From: an uncultured Chitinophaga sp.
Lineage (GTDB): Bacteria; Bacteroidota; Bacteroidia; UKL13-3
Length of the DNA: 64,000 nt
Direction: 5' to 3'
Assembly (NCBI GenBank): GCA_964355075.1
Contig: CAYHCF010000003.1
Coordinates: forward strand, 1,861 to 65,860
In this document: piece by piece, positions 27,314 through 36,200 of the stretch
How the letters are laid out: every line of letters begins with the position of its first letter
Numbering within the stretch: position 1 is the stretch's first letter
Notes under the pieces: model-generated
Database searches by the model: none
Seen by the model: only the letters and a program-made list of their open reading frames with translations
Told to the model about the DNA's origin: nothing
Made by a program: the position numbers and the translations under genes

Positions 27314-28138
27314 ATGTACAAGGGAAATTTTGAAATAGCCGATTATCATTTTACACTCATCAATATAATTGATTTATTGTTAGTGGTATTGCTATCATTT
27401 CAGCTTTTTAAATTGTTGAAAGGTAGTTTGGCTTTCAATATTTTAATTGGAATTATCACCATTTATATGTTTTGGCTTTTGGTACAATACTTCGAAATGC
27501 CACTGTTAGCCGGTATATTAGGAGAGTTTACTAAGGTTGGTATTATTGCTGTTTTGATCGTTTTTCAGCAGGAAATCCGAAAGTTTTTGTTGATTATTGG
27601 CAATAGCTCTTTACTTGGCGAAAATAAAAGGTGGTGGAATATCTTTCCCTGGAAATGGAAAATCAAAGATGCATTCAATACGCCATTTGATGAAATCGTA
27701 GAGGCCTGCAGAGAACTGGCAAATGATAAATCAGGTGCGATTTTGGTTTTTCCTATTACCTCAGAAATGAAGTTTATCGGAGCAAGTGGCGAAATGATTG
27801 ATGCCAATATTACCAAACGACTCTTATTAAGCATTTTTAATAAAACCAGTCCTTTACATGATGGAGCCGTAATTATAGCAAATGGTAAAATTAAAGCGGC
27901 AAATTGTGTTTTACCTATTAGCGAAAACCCGCTTGTTATCAATAAATATGGGTTACGACATCTTTCGGCGATCGGTATTACCGAGCAAACTGATGCGGTT
28001 TGTTTGGTTGTAAGTGAAGAAAAAGGAATTATCAGTTATGTAAAAGAAGGGAAAATTGAAGAAGGTTTATTAGCAGAAGAAATAATTGACCGGCTCAATG
28101 AACAATTCTCTAAACAAATGGTTACCATTGGGGAGTAG
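27314..28138 (+). CDS. cdaA: Diadenylate cyclase (c-di-AMP synthase), CdaA/DacA type.
   Basis: Three N-terminal TM helices followed by a DAC domain with the LHDGAVII and RHLSAIGITE motifs. Confidence 0.85.
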   Translation: MYKGNFEIADYHFTLINIIDLLLVVLLSFQLFKLLKGSLAFNILIGIITIYMFWLLVQYFEMPLLAGILGEFTKVGIIAVLIVFQQEIRKFLLIIGNSSLLGENKRWWNIFPWKWKIKDAFNTPFDEIVEACRELANDKSGAILVFPITSEMKFIGASGEMIDANITKRLLLSIFNKTSPLHDGAVIIANGKIKAANCVLPISENPLVINKYGLRHLSAIGITEQTDAVCLVVSEEKGIISYVKEGKIEEGLLAEEIIDRLNEQFSKQMVTIGE

Positions 28139-28204
28139 CTGAATTAATTAAATAAATACGGATTCTAAATATTGTCTCGGGTAACCATATTTACCGATTG
28201 GGGA

Positions 28205-28696
28205 TTAATTTCTAAAATTTTCAAACTGAAGCGGAACCTCAAAATCCGTTTGGCGGAGATTGGCCATCAGCTCCTGTAAATCATCTATTTTTTTCCCTGT
28301 TACCCTTACCTGATCCTCATGAATTGCTCCCTGAAGTTTATTGAAGGATGCCTTGATATATGCCACAATCTTTTTTGCAGTTTCCTTTTCAAGACCTTCT
28401 CTTATTTTCAAATCTTTTAAAATGAGCTTTCCACTGGGTCTGGATTCTGCACTTAAGTCAATTGTTCTCACATCAATACCTTGTTTGCTCAATTTCCCCA
28501 AAACAATATCAATCAAAGTTTTCATTGCCATCTCTTGCTTGGCTTCAAGCTTTAATAATTTTGTTTTCTTGTCTAATTCAATCGCACAGGATTCGTCTTT
28601 TAAATCATAACGATTCAACAATTCCTTCTTTGCTGTATTAATCGCATTGTCAATTTTTTGTAAATCTATTTTACTTACAATATCAAAACTTGGCAT
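28205..28696 (-). CDS. yajQ: YajQ family nucleotide (cyclic di-GMP)-binding protein.
   Basis: A 163-aa UPF0234/YajQ signature: MPSFDIVSKIDLQ..N at the N-terminus and Q..FEVPLQFENFR at the C-terminus. Confidence 0.85.
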   Translation of the reverse strand: MPSFDIVSKIDLQKIDNAINTAKKELLNRYDLKDESCAIELDKKTKLLKLEAKQEMAMKTLIDIVLGKLSKQGIDVRTIDLSAESRPSGKLILKDLKIREGLEKETAKKIVAYIKASFNKLQGAIHEDQVRVTGKKIDDLQELMANLRQTDFEVPLQFENFRN

Positions 28697-28994
28697 AATG
28701 TTTAATTAAATGATTAATAATAAGCCTTCCGGTACATTTAAATTTAATGGCAACTGCAAAGGTAAACATTCACCATATAAAATTGCATTCTCAAACAGTT
28801 TCTACCTTTTGCTTTAAAAATTTTATTAAAGGAGGCATGAACCAACTACTTAAAGAAAAAATTGATTCGGTCAACTCTTTACTTCTTTGCCTGATACTGA
28901 AATTGTTAATCTTTTTCACAATCTGAAAAATTATTGTTGTTTTTGACTTTTTTTTTTATCTTCGGAGAATAATAATTTGTAAAATATCTCAACT

Positions 28995-31900
28995 ATGAAA
29001 AAACATATACCAATTAAATCCTTTAGTGCCCTTATTATTTTCTTTTTTTGCTTTTCTAACCTCAAAGGGCAATCATCGTTCAATATGTGTTCATCCAACC
29101 CCGGAGCAATCTATTCTCTCACAGGGTCATTTTATGATTCTGGTGGCCCATCAGCTAGCTATTTAGACAATGAAAATTGTACAGTTTTATTTACCGCCCC
29201 TCCGGGAGGTACCATTAGCTTAACATTTAATTCCTTTGCCACCGAAGCTAGTTGGGATTATATGCAGGTTTATGATGGAAACAGCATTTTGGGTATTCCT
29301 CTGCACCCTACAACCGGGGGTTCCGGTTCCTCAGGTTATGGTCCCGGATTTAATGGAACCGTAACCGGCCCTTTTACGCTGGTTGCAACTACCGGTTATA
29401 TGTTTGTTCAGTATAGAAGTGATGCCTCAGTTACTTATGCCGGTTGGAACGCCAATTGGGTGATGACTACTCCTGGTTCAGGTCTAGCCTTACCCCCCAT
29501 CGCCAACTTTTTCCCAAGTCAGGCCACCACAAGCTCCATACCCACCGATACCGTTTGGATAAACAGCCCTTTTGATTTAGTGGCTACCAGTACCAGTTCG
29601 AGCAGAAGCTATTGGGATCTACCCGGAGAAACAACTCTGAACCCGGGTTATGCCCGAACCAATGTGGGCTTTACTTCACAACTCTATATTGATACCGCTA
29701 AATACAGTTCAAAATTCAGATATACTTTTGGCAGAAGAGGTTTCTGGCCGGTTCGCCTGCTTTCTATCAATGCCTACAAACGAGATTCCCTGCGCGATAG
29801 CATCGTGAAATACATTTGGGTGGATACGCCCAGCAGAGCGCCCGTTCCTAATTTCTTTTCGGCCCGAACCAAGATCGGTATTGCGGATTATGCCTCCTTG
29901 GTGGATATCAGCTCTTACGGTCCCAACCAATGGTACTGGACGATCAATCCGGATGTAACGAATGTACCCAATCCGTATTTTGCCAATTTCTTCTCTAATC
30001 CACTCGGTCAGAACCCACTCTTGTTTGGAGGCTTTCCGGGTAAATATGCCATCTGCCTCCAGGTATGGAATGCCCGGGGATGGGATACGATATGCAAGCA
30101 AAACTATATAGAGGTTATCAATAGTGTAAATATGTGCAGTGGCAGTGGCTCAACCAGTAGTAGCTGGGATCAGGGCTTTGTGTTTGGTCCGAGTGGACCG
30201 GCCTTCTCTTATACAAGGTCGCAGGTATCGGGCTGCCCGGGCTTTCTGCTAAATCCTTGCGCCGATAGTATCTTTTTATTTGTGGATCGCATTAAGATGT
30301 TGCCAACCGATACACTCGTTATCCATAACGGAACGAGTCAAAGCGCACCTATCATCGGAAAACTGGGAGCTGCCAGTGTGGGGGTATTGCCACAAGCCAT
30401 TATCAATAATGGAATCAGGGGTGGCAACCGCTTGTTTTTAAGATTTATGACCGGCAACGGAACCATACCAAATCCATATGATTCAGCAGGCTTCTCGATC
30501 AGGTGGGCTATTAAGGGAGCGAGTTATGGCATTCCACAATCTCATATTGTGGTGCCCGATACCATTTATCATAACCAGCCGGTTCAGTATTCAAATACCT
30601 CAACAGGAACCCTCATGCAATACTCATGGGATACCGATGGCTTAAACGGTTATGATTCCACAGGACCTACTGCCACCAGAACCTTTGTGGTAAGCTCTCC
30701 CGTTTACCGTAAAATATGTTTGGTAACCTATAACTGTTTGGGTGCAGATACCAGTTGTAAAAATGTATTGTTCCTGCCTACCAACCAAAAACCTTTGGTA
30801 AGATTTACAGTAGATAAAGTTCAGGGATTTAATACCGATACCTTCCGGTTTACCGATCAGAGTTTGTTTGGACCGAGTGTATGGAACTGGATCATTACCG
30901 GTGGAAATTATCAGGCCATCATGGGAACAGTAAAAGTGGGCAATGTGGTAACCAGCCGCAATCCGATCATCCGCTTTACCCAAAGAACCAAATACACCGT
31001 AAAACTGGTTGCAACCAATCAATTTGGTACCGATTCGCTGATCAAGGTTGATTATATCAATATTGGTGCTTACGATCAGCCACAGTGTTTAACAGATATT
31101 GGTCTGGCCGATGGCAGTATCGGGATTAGCCGGGTTCAGTTGCAAAGTGGTTTGGACACCGCGGTGAATTCATTTACGCCATGTTATCAGATGGTATTGG
31201 GCAATCAGGCGGCTAATATGTACAGAGGCATGAAACATGTCTTAAAGATTGCCCGTCCGGGTATTACCAGTCCAATGGACAGAAAAGCATGGTTAGACAG
31301 AAACATGGATGGTTTGTTTACCAATGATGAGTTGGTGATGAATGACATGGCCAGCAATATTTTGCAGAAAACAGATACGATTTCCATTAGTGGAACCCAG
31401 CAATTAGGGGGCACCCGATTGAGAGTAGGTGTATCCTATGCCGGTACCCAACTGAATCCGAGTGTCTTGTTTTTGGGGGTATTCAGAGATTATATAGTGA
31501 ACTTCCCGATGGATACCGTAAAACCAAGCATTTCATTGAATGGCAGTTCATCCTTTACTACCGAAATTCACAAAGCTTTTGTAGATCCGGGCGTAATATC
31601 CATGGACAATATTGAGGGAGATATCAGCAGTAAATATATAACAATTGGGACGGTAGATACCAGCAAAGTGGGACCCAATTACCTGCGCTATATTGTAAAA
31701 GATCTGTATGGAAATGTGAGTGATACCCTGAACAGAACGGTGTATGTGATACTCAATCAAACCGGACCAAGTATCGCCCTGAGTGGTTCAGCCAGCATGT
31801 ATGTTGAAGTTTATAAAAAATATACCGAACCGGGTTATGTTGCCAAAGATAATCAGGGAATGGATATCAGCAGTCAGGTAGTAGTAAGCAGTAATTTGGA

Positions 31901-33017
31901 TACTTCAAAACTGGGTTCATACAGCATAGGATATGTAATAATAGATGCCTTTGGTTTCAGTAAATCAGCCAGTAGAGCAGTAGCAGTTGGAGATACCACA
32001 AGACCGGTTATTGTTCCACCTACGGGTAATATTTACATTCAGCAGGTTGGATCGGCCATTGACCTGGCCACTATAGTTGGGAAAACCGATAATTTCTGGT
32101 CTACAAATGCCTTGGTATTAACCTGGCTGGGTTCGGTAGATGTAAACAAGGTAGGTAGCTATGTGATCTTGTATAATTTAAGAGACGGAAGCGGAAATAT
32201 TGGCTATGAGCTTGCAGTAGAAGTGCGGGTAAGAGACACAAAAGCGCCAAATATTTACCTGAATGGAAGCACTCCGATGACCATAGAGGTATTCAGTGGA
32301 TTTGCAGATCCATGGGTGACGGTATCCGATAATTACTGGCCATCCAATACCATCGTGGTAACAAAAAAAGGCGCAGTGAACATGAATGTTTTGGGTAGCT
32401 ATACCATCTGGTATATTGCCACCGATCCATCCGGAAACCAAGATTCGGTGAGCAGGGAGATAAGAGTTGTGGATACCACCAAACCTGTTGTAAACCTGTT
32501 GAACATTACCGAGGTAAATGTTCCACAGTGGACGGAATATGTGGATGCTCCGGTGCAGTTAACAGATAATTACAATACCGATGCACAGATGCGGGCAAAT
32601 TTGGTAGTAGTGAATAATTTGCCATTACAAAATGGAAAACCCTTCGCACATGATATTGGTTTGTACAGTGTTCGCTATAAAGTTAAGGATTTGTCGGGCA
32701 ATGAATCAAAAGAAGCTGTTCGTTCCTTGAATGTTGGAGCGAGTGGCTTAACAGACATCATGAATATTGACAAATTGATGAGCGTATATCCGAACCCGAG
32801 CAATGGTTTGATTCATGTTCGATTGGCGGATGTGCAGAAGGAAGATGTTCAGGTATTTGTTTTGGATATGTTGGGCAAAGAGCTGATGCATAAAACAATC
32901 AGTAAAAATAATTTACAAACAGAAGAAATCGATCTTCAAACTTCACCCAAAGGATTCTACCTGTTAAAGGTTCAAACCGGCGACCATATTTATATGAAGA
33001 AATTGCAATTGAATTAA
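28995..33017 (+). CDS. T9SS cargo protein, paralog D (1340 aa). CUB-like N-terminal head on the shared body, with a T9SS C-terminal domain.
   Basis: Signal peptide MKKHIPIKSFSALIIFFFCFSNLKGQ. The head (CSSNPGAIYSLTGSFYDSGGPSASYLDNENCTVLF..FNSFATEASWDYMQVYDGNS..YMFVQYRSDASVTYAGWNANW) fits the CUB pattern. The body is the reverse complement of paralogs A-C. The C-terminal domain ends ..YMKKLQLN. Confidence 0.85.
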   Translation: MKKHIPIKSFSALIIFFFCFSNLKGQSSFNMCSSNPGAIYSLTGSFYDSGGPSASYLDNENCTVLFTAPPGGTISLTFNSFATEASWDYMQVYDGNSILGIPLHPTTGGSGSSGYGPGFNGTVTGPFTLVATTGYMFVQYRSDASVTYAGWNANWVMTTPGSGLALPPIANFFPSQATTSSIPTDTVWINSPFDLVATSTSSSRSYWDLPGETTLNPGYARTNVGFTSQLYIDTAKYSSKFRYTFGRRGFWPVRLLSINAYKRDSLRDSIVKYIWVDTPSRAPVPNFFSARTKIGIADYASLVDISSYGPNQWYWTINPDVTNVPNPYFANFFSNPLGQNPLLFGGFPGKYAICLQVWNARGWDTICKQNYIEVINSVNMCSGSGSTSSSWDQGFVFGPSGPAFSYTRSQVSGCPGFLLNPCADSIFLFVDRIKMLPTDTLVIHNGTSQSAPIIGKLGAASVGVLPQAIINNGIRGGNRLFLRFMTGNGTIPNPYDSAGFSIRWAIKGASYGIPQSHIVVPDTIYHNQPVQYSNTSTGTLMQYSWDTDGLNGYDSTGPTATRTFVVSSPVYRKICLVTYNCLGADTSCKNVLFLPTNQKPLVRFTVDKVQGFNTDTFRFTDQSLFGPSVWNWIITGGNYQAIMGTVKVGNVVTSRNPIIRFTQRTKYTVKLVATNQFGTDSLIKVDYINIGAYDQPQCLTDIGLADGSIGISRVQLQSGLDTAVNSFTPCYQMVLGNQAANMYRGMKHVLKIARPGITSPMDRKAWLDRNMDGLFTNDELVMNDMASNILQKTDTISISGTQQLGGTRLRVGVSYAGTQLNPSVLFLGVFRDYIVNFPMDTVKPSISLNGSSSFTTEIHKAFVDPGVISMDNIEGDISSKYITIGTVDTSKVGPNYLRYIVKDLYGNVSDTLNRTVYVILNQTGPSIALSGSASMYVEVYKKYTEPGYVAKDNQGMDISSQVVVSSNLDTSKLGSYSIGYVIIDAFGFSKSASRAVAVGDTTRPVIVPPTGNIYIQQVGSAIDLATIVGKTDNFWSTNALVLTWLGSVDVNKVGSYVILYNLRDGSGNIGYELAVEVRVRDTKAPNIYLNGSTPMTIEVFSGFADPWVTVSDNYWPSNTIVVTKKGAVNMNVLGSYTIWYIATDPSGNQDSVSREIRVVDTTKPVVNLLNITEVNVPQWTEYVDAPVQLTDNYNTDAQMRANLVVVNNLPLQNGKPFAHDIGLYSVRYKVKDLSGNESKEAVRSLNVGASGLTDIMNIDKLMSVYPNPSNGLIHVRLADVQKEDVQVFVLDMLGKELMHKTISKNNLQTEEIDLQTSPKGFYLLKVQTGDHIYMKKLQLN

Positions 33018-33043
33018 CTGAAGAAATTGCTGGTGAGTCATCT
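33018..33043 (+). repeat. Degenerate duplicate of the paralog 3' end (ctgaagaaattgctggtgagtcatct) immediately after paralog D's stop codon.
   Basis: Compared with the canonical gene end atgaagaaattgcaggtgaattaa there are 17 matches over the first 20 nt. A tandem copy directly abuts the real end (..aagaaattgcaattgaattaa). Confidence 0.55.
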
Positions 33044-33057
33044 CACACTTTCATAAA

Positions 33058-33096
33058 ACAAAACCGACTACCTTTTCTGGTAGTCGGTTTTGTTGT
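33058..33096 (+). terminator. Intrinsic terminator downstream of paralog D.
   Basis: Perfect hairpin aaccgactacc-ttttct-ggtagtcggtt followed by ttgttg. Confidence 0.8.
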
Positions 33097-33290
33097 AAAA
33101 TGGATCAGTATCGACTCGGTTTTCTTAATTATTTATTAAAATTTTAGAAAGTTAATTTGCCTATAAGATTGTTTTTAAGATAGTTGAGTTTCATTTCGAT
33201 TCGAAATCAAGATTTGACTTTTGTAAGATTGTATTGATGTTTCAATTTGAAAAGTTTATATTTGAAATCCATTTGAGAAAATTAAAGATT

Positions 33291-36200
33291 ATGAAAAAAC
33301 AAATACAAACCGGTTTACTTTTATTATTGCTAATTTTTAGCTTAAGTTCCGGTAAACTTTATGCTCAATACTGTCTCACAACAGGTGCAACATCTTACTT
33401 TGATGATGAGATTGCAAGAGTTTATATTATAGGGGCGTTTGGAACCTCTATTAACAATCCAACAACTTGTTATACAACGGTACCGCAATATGTTGATTTT
33501 ACAAGTACCTTGGCCCCACTTTCATTAGTGCCGGGGCAAACCTATTCCATGACCATTGATTTAACTCAATGCAGCGGTTTTTTCTATTCCAATTCTTGTA
33601 ATATTTGGATTGATTTTAACAGGAATTTCACTTTTGATGCTACCGAATTGATTCAGAATGTTGTTGCGAATTCAACTTTCCCCTCTACCCATACTTTTAC
33701 TTTTACTGTTCCTACCACAGCAACTTTAGGGGCATCCCGCATGCGTTTGGTGGATGTTGAAGGAGGTACTTCGGCATCTATTACACCTTGTGTTACTTAC
33801 ACCTGGGGAGAAACTGAGGATTATGCAGTTAATCTGGTAAATTCTTCCGGCGGAGCAATTTTGCCGCCTATCGCAAACTTTTTCCCAAGTCAGGCCACTA
33901 CGAGCTCCATCCCCACTGATACCGTTTGGATAAATAGCCCCTTTGATTTAGTTTCTACGAGCACCAGTTCCAGTAGAAGTTATTGGGATCTACCCGGAGA
34001 AACAACTTTGAACCCGGGTTATGCCAGAACCAATGTAGCCTTTACTTCACAACAATATATTGATACGGCTAAATACAGCTCAAGATTTAGATATACTTTT
34101 GGCAGAAGAGGTTTCTGGCCGGTTCGCCTGCTTTCCATCAATGATTTCAAACGAGATTCCCTGCGTGATAGCATCGTAAAATACATTTGGGTGGATACAC
34201 CCAGCAGAGCACCTGTGCCTAATTTCTTTTCGGCCCGAACCAAGATCGGTATTGCGGATTATGCCTCCTTGGTGGATATCAGCTCTTACGGTCCCAACCA
34301 ATGGTACTGGACGATCAATCCGGATGTAACGAATGTACCCAATCCGTATTTTGCCAATTTCTTCTCTAATCCACTCGGTCAGAACCCACTCTTGTTTGGA
34401 GGCTTTCCGGGTAAATATGCCATCTGCCTCCAGGTATGGAATGCCCGGGGATGGGATACGATATGCAAGCAAAACTATATAGAGGTTATCAATAGTGTAA
34501 ATATGTGCAGTGGCAGTGGCTCAACCAGTAGTAGCTGGGATCAGGGCTTTGTGTTTGGTCCGAGTGGACCGGCCTTCTCTTATACAAGGTCGCAGGTATC
34601 GGGCTGCCCGGGCTTTCTGCTAAATCCTTGCGCCGATAGTATCTTTTTATTTGTGGATCGCATTAAGATGTTGCCAACCGATACACTCGTTATCCATAAC
34701 GGAACGAGTCAAAGCGCACCTATCATCGGAAAACTGGGAGCTGCCAGTGTGGGGGTATTGCCACAAGCCATTATCAATAATGGAATCAGGGGTGGCAACC
34801 GCTTGTTTTTAAGATTTATGACCGGCAACGGAACCATACCAAATCCATATGATTCAGCAGGCTTCTCGATCAGGTGGGCTATTAAGGGAGCGAGTTATGG
34901 CATTCCACAATCTCATATTGTGGTGCCCGATACCATTTATCATAACCAGCCGGTTCAGTATTCAAATACCTCAACAGGAACCCTCATGCAATACTCATGG
35001 GATACCGATGGCTTAAACGGTTATGATTCCACAGGACCTACTGCCACCAGAACCTTTGTGGTAAGCTCTCCCGTTTACCGTAAAATATGTTTGGTAACCT
35101 ATAACTGTTTGGGTGCAGATACCAGTTGTAAAAATGTATTGTTCCTGCCTACCAACCAAAAACCTTTGGTAAGATTTACAGTAGATAAAGTTCAGGGATT
35201 TAATACCGATACCTTCCGGTTTACCGATCAGAGTTTGTTTGGACCGAGTGTATGGAACTGGATCATTACCGGTGGAAATTATCAGGCCATCATGGGAACA
35301 GTAAAAGTGGGCAATGTGGTAACCAGCCGCAATCCGATCATCCGCTTTACCCAAAGAACCAAATACACCGTAAAACTGGTTGCAACCAATCAATTTGGTA
35401 CCGATTCGCTGATCAAGGTTGATTATATCAATATTGGTGCTTACGATCAGCCACAGTGTTTAACAGATATTGGTCTGGCCGATGGCAGTATCGGGATTAG
35501 CCGGGTTCAGTTGCAAAGTGGTTTGGACACCGCGGTGAATTCATTTACGCCATGTTATCAGATGGTATTGGGCAATCAGGCGGCTAATATGTACAGAGGC
35601 ATGAAACATGTCTTAAAGATTGCCCGTCCGGGTATTACCAGTCCAATGGACAGAAAAGCATGGTTAGACAGAAACATGGATGGTTTGTTTACCAATGATG
35701 AGTTGGTGATGAATGACATGGCCAGCAATATTTTGCAGAAAACAGATACGATTTCCATTAGTGGAACCCAGCAATTAGGGGGCACCCGATTGAGAGTAGG
35801 TGTATCCTATGCCGGTACCCAACTGAATCCGAGTGTCTTGTTTTTGGGTGTATTCAGAGATTATATAGTGAACTTTCCAATGGATACCGTAAAACCAAGC
35901 ATTTCATTGAATGGCAGTTCATCCTTTACTACCGAAATTCACAAAGCTTTTGTAGATCCGGGCGTAATATCCATGGACAATATTGAGGGAGATATCAGCA
36001 GTAAATATATAACAATTGGGACGGTAGATACCAGCAAAGTGGGACCCAATTACCTGCGCTATATTGTAAAAGATCTGTATGGAAATGTGAGTGATACCCT
36101 GAACAGAACGGTGTATGTGATACTCAATCAAACCGGACCAAGTATCGCCCTGAGTGGTTCAGCCAGCATGTATGTTGAAGTTTATAAAAAATATACCGAA

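Noticed and set aside
28697-28994. Promoter calls for the paralog genes (for example, taatttgtaaaatatc upstream of 28995 resembling the Bacteroidota TAnnTTTG -7 element).
   Set aside because: The matches are imperfect and I could not find consistent -33/-7 pairs upstream of all five copies. Left unannotated.
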